A stretch of DNA of 61,867 bases from the NCBI GenBank assembly GCA_028821575.1, contig JAPPFW010000004.1, forward strand, positions 1 through 61,867. The letters run 5' to 3'. Source of the stretch: a bacterium (GTDB taxonomy: Bacteria > Actinomycetota > Acidimicrobiia > Spongiisociales > Spongiisociaceae). The position numbers and the translations under genes were made by a program. Positions within the stretch are counted from its first letter, which is position 1, and each line of letters opens with the position of its first letter. The notes under the pieces are model-generated. The model did no database searches. It was given only the letters and a program-made list of their open reading frames with translations, and was not told where the DNA came from. Below, piece by piece: positions 51,669 to 59,531 of this stretch.

Positions 51669-52478
51669 ATGAAGGTCGATGTGGCGGTGATCCCGGCGGC
51701 GGGGCGCGGCACGCGTATGCGCCCTGCTACCAACGCCATCCCCAAGGCGCTGCTGACCGTCGTGGATCGTCCCAGCATCCAGTGGGTGGTCGAAGAAGCG
51801 GTGCGCGCCGGCGTCAGGGATGTGATCGTGGTCGTGGATCCCGACACCGGGGGGATGATCGAACGGCACTTCGCCGACCTACCCGGCACACGGGGCGCCA
51901 TCGTCCGGTCCGTCGTGCAGCATGAGGCCCGCGGTCTCGGGGACGCGGTCCTGCGTAGCCGGGAGGCAGTTGGTGACCGGCCCTTCTTCGTGCTGACCGC
52001 CGACGACCTGATCCGACCCCGAGAGTCGATTCTCCACCGCCTAGCGTCCTCGTCGGGGAGTGGCCACTCGGTCGTCTGCGTTCGGGAGTTGCCCGTCGAC
52101 GTGCTGTCGTCCAAGGGTGTCATCGCACCGCGATCGGATATCAGGGGCAGCGTGGTCGGTGTCGGAGCCGCCGTCGAGAAACCGACCCCGGCGGAGGCGC
52201 CCTCCCGGTTGTGCATCCAGGGTCGGTACCTGTTCATGCCTGAGGTGTTCGAGCAGTTGGAAGATGTCGGACCGGGGTACGGCGGCGAGATCCAACTCAC
52301 GGACGCGATCGACGCACTGGCGCGAGAGGGCCGCTGCCGCGCCTACGTAACCGATGTGGAGATCCTGGACGTGGGCAACCCGGGTGGCTTTCTGAACGCC
52401 AACTTCGTCCTGGCCGCGGCCAGCAAGGAGTACGGTGGAAGCCTGAAGGCCATCATGAGAAGACTGCTCGAGGAGTAA
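51669..52478 (+). CDS. galU: UTP-glucose-1-phosphate uridylyltransferase
   Basis: VIPAAGRGTRMRPAT..PK, GLGDAV, VEKP, EIQLTDAI. Confidence 0.92.
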   Translation: MKVDVAVIPAAGRGTRMRPATNAIPKALLTVVDRPSIQWVVEEAVRAGVRDVIVVVDPDTGGMIERHFADLPGTRGAIVRSVVQHEARGLGDAVLRSREAVGDRPFFVLTADDLIRPRESILHRLASSSGSGHSVVCVRELPVDVLSSKGVIAPRSDIRGSVVGVGAAVEKPTPAEAPSRLCIQGRYLFMPEVFEQLEDVGPGYGGEIQLTDAIDALAREGRCRAYVTDVEILDVGNPGGFLNANFVLAAASKEYGGSLKAIMRRLLEE

Positions 52479-52481
52479 CCA

Positions 52482-53714
52482 ATGCGCCCGCTGGCTGATG
52501 CACAGAAAGATGTTCTGGATTCGGTTCCCCTGCTTCCGGTGGTTGAAGTGCCGCTCGGTGAGGCGCTCGGCCTGGCGCTGTCGAGGCCGGTGCTCGCTCC
52601 CCACGACGTGCCCCCATTCACGAATTCCGCCATGGACGGGTACGCGGTTCAAGGTGCGGATGTCCGGTGGGCTCCAGTGACGCTGCGCCTGCTCGAAGAC
52701 GTGCCTGCGGGACATGTGGCACGTGCAAGGGTGGTACCCGGCGCCTCCATCAAGATCATGACCGGTGCACCGATGCCCGAGGGTGCGGACACGGTGGTGA
52801 AGGTAGAGGACACCGAACCGCTCCCCGACGCGGTACGCATCCTCGCGGCTACCCAGCCGGGCACGGCCGTCCGTCCCGCGGGCGGGGATCTGGTTGCTGG
52901 TGAGTCGGTTTTCAACGTGGGGGAACGGCTCACCCCACGCCACATAGCGGTGCTGGCCTCGTTGGGCGTGGCCCCGTTGGTTCGGCGCCGGCCGAGGGTG
53001 GCGGTTCTCTCCACCGGGGACGAGGTCCTTGAGCCGGACACCGAGACACTAGGTCCGGGCCAGATCCGTGACACGAACCGGCCACTCCTCATGGGACTGC
53101 TGGAGCGGCTGGGGGCGGAGGTATGTGACCTGGGCATCGTCGGGGATGACGCCCGGGCGTTGCGGGAAGCGCTTGCGTTGGGAGCCTCGGAGGCGGACAT
53201 GGTGCTGACGTCGGGTGGGGTCTCGAAAGGCGAGTACGATCTGGTGAAGGCCATACTCGGGGAGATCGGCACGGTCGACTTCTGGCAGGTAGCCATGCAG
53301 CCGGCCAAACCCTTCGCATTCGGTCATATTGACGGTACGCCCCTTCTGGGCCTGCCGGGCAATCCGGTCTCCGTCATGGTCGCGTACGAGCAATTTGCCA
53401 GGCCGGCCCTGCTGCACATGATGGGTTGCAACTCGGTGTTCCGGCCCATGACCGGGGCCATCGCCGCCGAAGGATGGCGTACGCATCCGGGCAAGACCGT
53501 GTTCACCAGGGTGGTGACCGAAGTAAGAGACGGGGTCACCCACGTACGGAGCAGCGGAGCACAGATGTCGAACGTCCTGTCGTCCCTGGCTCGGGCGGAC
53601 GCCTTCGCGGTGATCCCAGTGGGGACCGGAAACGTCGAGGTAGGGGACGAGGTGACGATCGAGCTGTACCGGTCGCCCGAGGCCCGATCCGCTTCCGAGG
53701 TGCTAGGTGAGTGA
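52482..53714 (+). CDS. moeA: Molybdopterin molybdotransferase
   Basis: SAMDGYA, IMTGAPMP, STGDE, SGGVS, GLPGNP. Confidence 0.95.
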   Translation: MRPLADAQKDVLDSVPLLPVVEVPLGEALGLALSRPVLAPHDVPPFTNSAMDGYAVQGADVRWAPVTLRLLEDVPAGHVARARVVPGASIKIMTGAPMPEGADTVVKVEDTEPLPDAVRILAATQPGTAVRPAGGDLVAGESVFNVGERLTPRHIAVLASLGVAPLVRRRPRVAVLSTGDEVLEPDTETLGPGQIRDTNRPLLMGLLERLGAEVCDLGIVGDDARALREALALGASEADMVLTSGGVSKGEYDLVKAILGEIGTVDFWQVAMQPAKPFAFGHIDGTPLLGLPGNPVSVMVAYEQFARPALLHMMGCNSVFRPMTGAIAAEGWRTHPGKTVFTRVVTEVRDGVTHVRSSGAQMSNVLSSLARADAFAVIPVGTGNVEVGDEVTIELYRSPEARSASEVLGE

Positions 53715-54189
53715 AGGTCGCCTCTCCCACATCGACGAGCATGGTCGGGCCCGTATGGTCGATGTGGGAGACAAGCCCGTCAACGAGAGGCGGGCCGCTG
53801 CAGAGGCGGTGCTGGTCGCCTCCGCGGCAACGCTCGACCTGATCTTCGATGGTGGCTTGCCCAAGGGGGACGCCATCGGCACGGCCCGCCTGGCGGGGAT
53901 CATGGCGGCGAAGAAGACCTCCGAGTTGATCCCGCTCTGCCATCCCCTGTCCCTGACGGATGTGACAGTCGATGTCAGCCGTTCAACCACCGGTGCTCGC
54001 ATCAGGACAACGGTGCGCACCGCCGACAGGACCGGAGCAGAGATGGAGGCGATGACGGCCGCGGCCGTCGCCTCTCTCACTCTGTACGACATGGTGAAGG
54101 GGATCGAACGGGGTGTCCAGGTCGAGCGGCTCCGCTTGTTGAGCAAGTCAGGCGGCCGGTCCGGCGCGTGGTCCGCCGAGGCTCCGTGA
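53707..54189 (+). CDS. moaC: Cyclic pyranopterin monophosphate synthase
   Basis: MVDVGDK, LIPLCHP, EMEA, YDMVK, KSGG. Confidence 0.95.
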   Translation: MSEGRLSHIDEHGRARMVDVGDKPVNERRAAAEAVLVASAATLDLIFDGGLPKGDAIGTARLAGIMAAKKTSELIPLCHPLSLTDVTVDVSRSTTGARIRTTVRTADRTGAEMEAMTAAAVASLTLYDMVKGIERGVQVERLRLLSKSGGRSGAWSAEAP

Positions 54190-54311
54190 CCGGCCCGGAG
54201 GTGCGTACCCGCGGATGGTGTCTGGCCCCGTCGGGGCTCGAAATGCTTGGACTGGTCTCCCCGTACGTATAACCTCCGTCAAGGTTGCGACAGTAGGGAG
54301 TCGGTTCCGGG

Positions 54312-54767
54312 ATGGCGTGGGCGTTGTTTCTGGTAGTGGCCGGCATTTGGGCCGTGTTTCTTCTTCCGCCCCTGTGGGCTGATCGGCGCCCCTCTTTCTT
54401 CTCACCGACTCGGCGTCAGGCCTTGGCCGGAACGGCCCAGCGTGGCGGTACACCACCTAACACCTACCAGAGTCCGAGCCATCCGGTCGGAGGGGGTGCG
54501 GTGGGACATGACCGGGCTACCGTCCTGACGCGTCGCCGCAGGGCCCTGATGATCTTGGGGGGAACTGCTCTCACCAGCCTGGTTGCAGTAGTGGTCTTCG
54601 GAGGAAGGTGGCTCCTGGTCGTTCATGGAGCCGCCGACGTACTCCTCGTCTGGTATGTGGTGATGCTAAGGCGGATCGCGACGGTGTCTCGCGAGATGGT
54701 CGCGCTGGCGGCCGAATCGGAAGACGAGTTGGAGATGCCCCGCGTGAGGGTCATCGGGTCGAGCTAG
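54312..54767 (+). CDS. Membrane protein, possibly GlpR/SepX-like
   Basis: N-terminal TM (WAVFLLP), RRRR followed by two TMs; sits between the moeA/moaC block and tRNA-Ala as in other actinobacteria. Confidence 0.55.
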   Translation: MAWALFLVVAGIWAVFLLPPLWADRRPSFFSPTRRQALAGTAQRGGTPPNTYQSPSHPVGGGAVGHDRATVLTRRRRALMILGGTALTSLVAVVVFGGRWLLVVHGAADVLLVWYVVMLRRIATVSREMVALAAESEDELEMPRVRVIGSS

Positions 54768-54774
54768 TTTCGCC

Positions 54775-55392
54775 ATGTCCGTTCCGGATCTTTCACCTGT
54801 AGAAGCTGCTGCACGTGCCGAACTCGACCCCAAGTTCGAGGCGCGCGAGACGGCTATCTCCAACGGGCGGGTGGTGATCCGGTGTTCCGCCAAGGCGATC
54901 CGCTCCGCGCATCGGGGAGAGCGAGAGGTTGCGGGAGTCCTGCTGGAGAAGGCGCGCCTGCTGCTGGAAGCTTCCACCATCGCCATGGCGGCTCATCCGG
55001 ACATCAACATCGGGATTCTCAACGATGCGGCCAAGGAGTACGCAGAGGCACGCCTCTTCCTGGCTCTGTCCGCCGGTGACGATCTTCCCACCGCTAAGGA
55101 ACTGGGGATGACCATGGTTCCGTACCTCAAGGGATTCGGCGAGGCGGTGGGAGAGCTCAGACGCCGGCTGCTCGACCAGTTGAGGACCGAGGACTTCGAG
55201 GAGGCCGAGCGGATACTGGCCATCATGGACGAGGTGGTAGACCTCCTGGCGGCTCTCGACTACCCCGACGGCATGACGGGCGGCCTGCGCCGTACGACCG
55301 ACGTGGCTCGCGGTCTGACCGAGCGCAGCCGAGCGGATCTCACCTCGGCTCTCGTAGCCGAGCGACTGCGCCGCGACTTGGTACGCCGCTGA
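54775..55392 (+). CDS. Translin/Trax family protein (prokaryotic C3PO-like)
   Basis: ARE..I..R..IR.S..AI..HRG, KEYAEA, YL.G..EAVGELRR, LRR..DVAR...ER pattern. Confidence 0.8.
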   Translation: MSVPDLSPVEAAARAELDPKFEARETAISNGRVVIRCSAKAIRSAHRGEREVAGVLLEKARLLLEASTIAMAAHPDINIGILNDAAKEYAEARLFLALSAGDDLPTAKELGMTMVPYLKGFGEAVGELRRRLLDQLRTEDFEEAERILAIMDEVVDLLAALDYPDGMTGGLRRTTDVARGLTERSRADLTSALVAERLRRDLVRR

Positions 55393-55447
55393 GGCCGACC
55401 CGGGCGTATGGCGCCGTGTCCTGAGGGGAGTACAATAGGCGGTCCTT

Positions 55448-55524
55448 GGGGCTGTAGCTCAGTTCGGCAGAGCACCTCGTTCGCAACGAGGGGGTCAGGG
55501 GTTCAAATCCCCTCAGCTCCACCA
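55448..55524 (+). tRNA. tRNA-Ala (anticodon CGC)
   Basis: GGGGCTG/CAGCTCC acceptor stem with G3:U70, anticodon arm CCTCG-TTCGCAA-CGAGG, GTTCAAATC T-loop, encoded CCA. Confidence 0.97.
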
Positions 55525-55635
55525 TAACGTTTCACATGATTCCAGAAAACCCCACTGACCAGGCCTTTCGTAGTCTCAAGTGCCGTTGGTCGTTTCAGGA
55601 GATGCCAGTTGACACCCCTTAGTCCCGCACCTAAA

Positions 55636-55708
55636 GTAGTACCAGAAGTAGTTACCGCTGTCAGAAGTAGTAACTGCTCTGTTGGATGGATACTACTTCT
55701 GGTACTAC
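55636..55708. repeat. 17-bp perfect inverted repeat plus direct repeats (putative integrase arm-type sites)
   Basis: GTAGTACCAGAAGTAGT (55636-55652) / ACTACTTCTGGTACTAC (55692-55708); CAGAAGTAGT again at 55662-55671. Confidence 0.7.
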
Positions 55709-55732
55709 CTGATTCCTGCAGGAAGGGACAGC

Positions 55733-56896
55733 ATGAGCCGAGCAGGACGGCCGCTGACAGCATCGTTTGTCCGGACAGTCAAGACGCCAGGAAGGTACGG
55801 AGACGGCCGGGGAGGCCACGGACTCAGCTTGCTAGTAAAGGCCACGAAGAACGGTCGCGTCGGGAAGTACTGGTCACAGCGGATAGTCATCGACGGACGT
55901 CCTACGTCTGTTGGGCTCGGAAGTTATCCACGGATCAGCCTGGCAGCGGCTAGGCAGGCGGCTCTTCAGAACCGGCAGGAGCTCGACGCAGGGCAGGATC
56001 CGCGCCGCAGCCGGATTCCAACCTTCGAGGAGGCGACCGACAATGTGATCGCCCTTCATCGTGACAGCTGGAAGCGCGGATCGAGCACGGAAGTCGCGTG
56101 GCGGAACAGCTTCACCACCTATGTCTATCCGACACTCGGCTCGACGCGAATAGACCGTATCGCCACAGCAGATGTCATGGACAGCCTCGTTCCGATATGG
56201 CGCGAGAAGCCCACACAGGCTGAGCTATTGAAGCGGAGGATCGGCCAAGTCATGCGCTGGGCAATTGCGCAGGGGTACCGAACTGACAACCCCGCGGGCG
56301 AAGCCCTGGACGCCGCACTGCCCAAGAACAGCAAGCGAACCACCCACCACAAGGCGCTTCATCATACCGAGGTCTCGGCAGCGCTCGCCAAGATCCGTAC
56401 GTCTCGTGCCGCCGTCTCGACCCGCCTAGCAATTGAGTTCCTGACGTACACAGCAACCCGGACAGGCGAAATTCGGGCCGCTAGATGGTCCGAGATCGAC
56501 CTAGCCGACCAGGTCTGGACAATCCCAGCTGAGCGGATGAAGGCCCGCCGCCAGCACCGAGTACCCCTAGCAGACGCAGCGATTCAGGTGCTCGATCAAT
56601 CCCTGCGACACTTCGGTTCCGACGGCTTGCTATTTCCCGGAAGGGACGGCCGACCGCTCGGGCATGCCAGCATCGGGACTCTGTTCCGGAGACTTAACAT
56701 CGGAGGGACACCACACGGGATGCGGAGCTCATTCCGGGATTGGTGCTCAGAGTCAGGCGTACCGCGCGAGATAGCCGAGCGAGCGTTGGCTCACGTCGTC
56801 AAGGGAGCTACGGAGTCAGCCTATGCACGGTCTGACCTGCTTGAACACCGCCGTGAGCTAATGCAGCGATGGGCGGACTACATCACCAACCCGTAG
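55733..56896 (+). CDS. Tyrosine recombinase/integrase, P4-like with N-terminal arm-binding domain
   Basis: GRYGDGRGGHGLSL, GLGSYPRISLAAAR, TATRTGE (R), MKARRQHRVPL (K), HGMRSSFRDW (HxxR), LAH, AY. Confidence 0.95.
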   Translation: MSRAGRPLTASFVRTVKTPGRYGDGRGGHGLSLLVKATKNGRVGKYWSQRIVIDGRPTSVGLGSYPRISLAAARQAALQNRQELDAGQDPRRSRIPTFEEATDNVIALHRDSWKRGSSTEVAWRNSFTTYVYPTLGSTRIDRIATADVMDSLVPIWREKPTQAELLKRRIGQVMRWAIAQGYRTDNPAGEALDAALPKNSKRTTHHKALHHTEVSAALAKIRTSRAAVSTRLAIEFLTYTATRTGEIRAARWSEIDLADQVWTIPAERMKARRQHRVPLADAAIQVLDQSLRHFGSDGLLFPGRDGRPLGHASIGTLFRRLNIGGTPHGMRSSFRDWCSESGVPREIAERALAHVVKGATESAYARSDLLEHRRELMQRWADYITNP

Positions 56897-57445
56897 GATC
56901 TCCATCAACGGTCCACGAGACTATCGCTCCGCGGCCTTGCGCTCTGACCTTCCTAGATGCGCGATCCACGAAGGCTGTGCAGGTAGCTAACGGCGCTGCC
57001 TACCTCACTGCCAAGCCAACGCGCCCGCATCTCCACCGTGATTCGCACGATATCCCCTGGTCAAAGCATTTTTGGGGTGTTGGGTTATCAGTTTGAGTAT
57101 CGTTTGTTGCCTGGACGCGTTTCTCAGTCCCGAGGGTGTGGGTAGGGGAACGGTCGTGGGGGTGGGGCGGTTTGGATGCCAATCCAGGCCGCGGCGGGTG
57201 CAGTAGCTGATCAGTTGAAACGGGGGTCGACCTTTCTGGTTCCCGGGCTCGTGTTTGCTTTTGTCTGAGATCTGCCTGTTTGGGAGGGTGGCGTGTGCTT
57301 GCTGGTAGGGGTCCGCCGCTGACTCAGTCCGCCGGTGTGTGGAGTCCACGACGGTCAATGGATCGGTTGGGGGTCGGAGAGCCGTGGCTGGTGCGACCCG
57401 GTGGGCGAGGTGCCCGAGGATGGTGGCTTACGTGGCTGGGACCAT

Positions 57446-57712
57446 TTATCTTGATCGGGGAGGGCTCGGGGCCGGTGTGGTGATGGTGGTTTGGTCGTGG
57501 GTTTGTAGGCGGGATTGGACGGCTTGTTCGCTGATGTTGAGCCATTTGGCCATGCGGTACATGCTGATCCCAGCGGCGCGTCCGGCGGCTAGTTGGGTGG
57601 TGACCGCGGCGGAGGCTTCGGCGCGGGTCTGTTCGATGGCCTGGTAGGTGTCCCATGCCTGGCGGAGGCGGTTGTGGATGTCGTTGGGGTCTGGGGGTTG
57701 TTGGGTGCTCAC
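57446..57712 (-). CDS. Small HTH DNA-binding protein (probable repressor; GTG start inferred)
   Basis: GRAAGISMYRMAKWLNISEQAVQSRL helix-turn-helix pattern. Confidence 0.65.
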   Translation of the reverse strand: MSTQQPPDPNDIHNRLRQAWDTYQAIEQTRAEASAAVTTQLAAGRAAGISMYRMAKWLNISEQAVQSRLQTHDQTTITTPAPSPPRSR

Positions 57713-57770
57713 GCGGGCCGTCGTGGTGGGATGTGTTGGGGGGATGGTAACGGGGGCCGGTGTTACATAC

Positions 57771-57833
57771 TTGACATACCCAACCAGCCTTGTATACTCA
57801 ACTGATCTTGTGTACCCAACTAACCTTGTGTAT
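57771..57833 (+). promoter_or_regulatory. Sigma70-like promoter (TTGACA-N16-TATACT) overlapped by three 18-bp direct repeats
   Basis: TTGACA 57771-57776, TATACT 57793-57798; repeats ATACCCAACCAGCCTTGT / ATACTCAACTGATCTTGT / GTACCCAACTAACCTTGT (57776-57829). Confidence 0.7.
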
Positions 57834-57853
57834 GAGGGGAGTGTGAACACTCG

Positions 57854-58453
57854 ATGGTCATAGCGACAGCATCCGCGGATCGGCCGCCGGCCGGGCGCCG
57901 CTGCGGGGATGCTTACGGGTTGGGGTATCGGACAGCCCGTGCCGCCGTGTTGGCCCACAACGGGGGCCGGTGCGTTTTCTGCGGTCTTGAGGCCGCGGTG
58001 GAGGCTCATCACAGCGCTTGGCGTTATCCGTGCGGCAGCGACACGCCTTGTTGCGGCCGCCGCAAGGTCGAGCCTTCGGATCTGGTGGGGCTGTGTGGGC
58101 TGTGTCACGAGATGGTTACGACGTTGCGCCGTTACCGCCGGGCGGGCGGCGACATCTACATGTTGGTGGCCCGGTTCAAGGAGGCAGTAGCGGAATGCGG
58201 TACAGGATCAGAGTTCGGGGACTTAGCCCCATCATCTGCCACAACGGAGCGGCCGGGTTGGACACCCGGTCGGCTGCCAACGTCGAAAAAGCGCAGATCG
58301 CGCGAAAGCGGGGATCTGACCGGACTGAAGCTGACGAGGTCCGCCTCCGAGAGCTGGAGTGTTACACCTCTCTTTACCTCGACGAGAGGGGAGCGCCTAC
58401 GCTCCCTGCGGCAGCGTTTCGGGCGAACATCGAAGCAGCCGCCCGCAAGCTGA
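57854..58453 (+). CDS. HNH endonuclease-like zinc-binding protein; C-terminal part overlaps the next gene
   Basis: GRCVFCG..AVEAHH..DLVGLCGLCHE (CxxC..HH..LCxxCH). Confidence 0.65.
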   Translation: MVIATASADRPPAGRRCGDAYGLGYRTARAAVLAHNGGRCVFCGLEAAVEAHHSAWRYPCGSDTPCCGRRKVEPSDLVGLCGLCHEMVTTLRRYRRAGGDIYMLVARFKEAVAECGTGSEFGDLAPSSATTERPGWTPGRLPTSKKRRSRESGDLTGLKLTRSASESWSVTPLFTSTRGERLRSLRQRFGRTSKQPPAS

Positions 58454-58791
58454 GGCAGGGTCCCCAGGTGCGGGAAGGGCTCATAGTCGAAGAAGTCGAA
58501 GCCTTCGACTACGACCGGTCGTTGGGTACCACCGGGCCGGAGTTGGCCCGCAACGCCCAGTTCACCGTCGGTGTGCGGGTGCGACAGTCCCGGCTGCTGC
58601 GTACACGGGCCCGGTTCGATGAGTGGGCTGCCACGTTCCGGGTGGATACAGATCCCGAGTTGGTGGACCAAGAACAGCTGCTGGTGTGGTTAGACATAGG
58701 CGGTCGCCGGCTCGGGGTGGGGGACTGGCGACCGGAGAAGTCAGGACTACACGGCCGGTTCGAGGTGGAGAGCATCGAGACGCTCTCATAG
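58195..58791 (+). CDS. Stand-alone Cas7/RAMP-superfamily protein (198 aa)
   Basis: AAGGAGG RBS; N-terminal strand RIRVRGLSPIICHNG; G.PTLPAAAFRANIEAAAR (cf. Csm3/Cmr4 G.P.IPGSSLKG.LR); C-terminal G-rich loop LGVGDWRPEKSGLHGRFEV. Confidence 0.75.
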   Translation: MRYRIRVRGLSPIICHNGAAGLDTRSAANVEKAQIARKRGSDRTEADEVRLRELECYTSLYLDERGAPTLPAAAFRANIEAAARKLRQGPQVREGLIVEEVEAFDYDRSLGTTGPELARNAQFTVGVRVRQSRLLRTRARFDEWAATFRVDTDPELVDQEQLLVWLDIGGRRLGVGDWRPEKSGLHGRFEVESIETLS

Positions 58792-58800
58792 AGACGTCAT

Positions 58801-58945
58801 GGCTAGGCATGGCTAGGCGCGGCACGGCGAGGCCGGGCTCGGCTTGGCGAGGCATGGCTTGGCATGGCTGGGCAAGGAAACCGAAGGGGCCGGGGGAACG
58901 ACCTAACCGTCATAGACGGAGTGGTAACCCTCCACCCCTCCGGGA
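58801..58945 (+). ncRNA. Putative guide-like ncRNA: 15 x GGC-NN pentamer array (58801-58875) plus a structured 3' tail
   Basis: GGCTA GGCAT GGCTA GGCGC GGCAC GGCGA GGCCG GGCTC GGCTT GGCGA GGCAT GGCTT GGCAT GGCTG GGCAA; tail has a CCGTC-ATA-GACGG hairpin inside G-rich/C-rich arms. The repeat is certain; the RNA role is inferred. Confidence 0.6.
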
Positions 58946-59117
58946 ACACGCCACCACAACCCGGATACCCAACCGCGAGCATGACGAACAGGACAAACAG
59001 ATTTGGGGGATCGGTCAGCACCCACGTGCGATACCCGGCGGGGAATTCCACCTCCAGGTACCGACCCGGCGACCGCGGCAGCGGCGCGGATAGAACACGG
59101 AGTAAGGGAGACGTAGG

Positions 59118-59157
59118 AGGGGCCGGTTCCACATCGGATGGTGGAGAACCGGCCCCT
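59118..59157. terminator. Stem-loop between the convergent RAMP operon and alpA
   Basis: AGGGGCCGGTTC..GAACCGGCCCCT 12-bp stem. Confidence 0.7.
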
Positions 59158-59185
59158 ATGAAGCGCTTGGTTCTTGGTTGTGGTG

Positions 59186-59443
59186 TCACGCCGCGGTGGG
59201 GAGAGCATCGATCCAGGCCTGGATGTCGCTGAGGCGCCATCCTCTCGCGCGGGTGCCCTCGGGACCCAGCGGTATCGAGGGCGGGAACGATCCGTCGTCG
59301 ATCCGCCGCCAGATCGTCGTTCTGCTCAGACCGGTCAGCTCGCAAACCTCCCCGATGCGGACAATACGGTCTCCCATCTGACAGGTGCATGTGTTGTCGG
59401 TGACGAGGCGGAGCCTCGGTCGACGCTGGGCTGTGGATGCCAT
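59186..59443 (-). CDS. AlpA family phage regulator / excisionase
   Basis: RIVRIGEVCELTGLSRTTIWRRIDDGSFPPSIPLG..RGWRLSDIQAWI; AAAGGAG RBS. Confidence 0.9.
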   Translation of the reverse strand: MASTAQRRPRLRLVTDNTCTCQMGDRIVRIGEVCELTGLSRTTIWRRIDDGSFPPSIPLGPEGTRARGWRLSDIQAWIDALPTAA

Positions 59444-59480
59444 CTCGGTGCTCCTTTCGGTCCTGGCTGGCCACCAACAT

Positions 59481-59531
59481 GCCATATCGGGCCACACGGG
59501 GCCATACGGGGCCATACCGGGGCCACACGGC
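59481..59531. repeat. Five ~10-bp tandem repeats GCCAYAC/TGGG upstream of alpA
   Basis: GCCATATCGG GCCACACGGG GCCATACGGG GCCATACCGGG GCCACACGGC; GGCCACAC pairs recur near 59575-59590, 61173-61192 and 61223-61241. Confidence 0.8.

Noticed and set aside
57713-58108. N-terminal extension of ORF 57446-58108 with YTRLVG repeats
   Set aside because: It is the antisense of the HNH gene plus the translated 18-bp operator repeats; the real HTH gene probably starts near 57712.
58801-58875. Canonical CRISPR array next to the Cas7-like gene
   Set aside because: Units are 5 bp; there are no 25-45-bp repeats with unique spacers here or anywhere else in the window.
59284-59299. Partial gapped match (GAnCGnTCnGT) of the array's reverse complement inside alpA
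   Set aside because: Only four dinucleotides match, which is expected by chance in 62 kb.
58562-59528. ORFs crossing the GGCNN array (58562-58855 -, 58623-59093 +, 58803-59528 -)
   Set aside because: Low-complexity translations of the repeat (e.g. LGMARRGTARPGSAWRGMAWHG) that overlap better-supported genes; period 5 is not codon-compatible.
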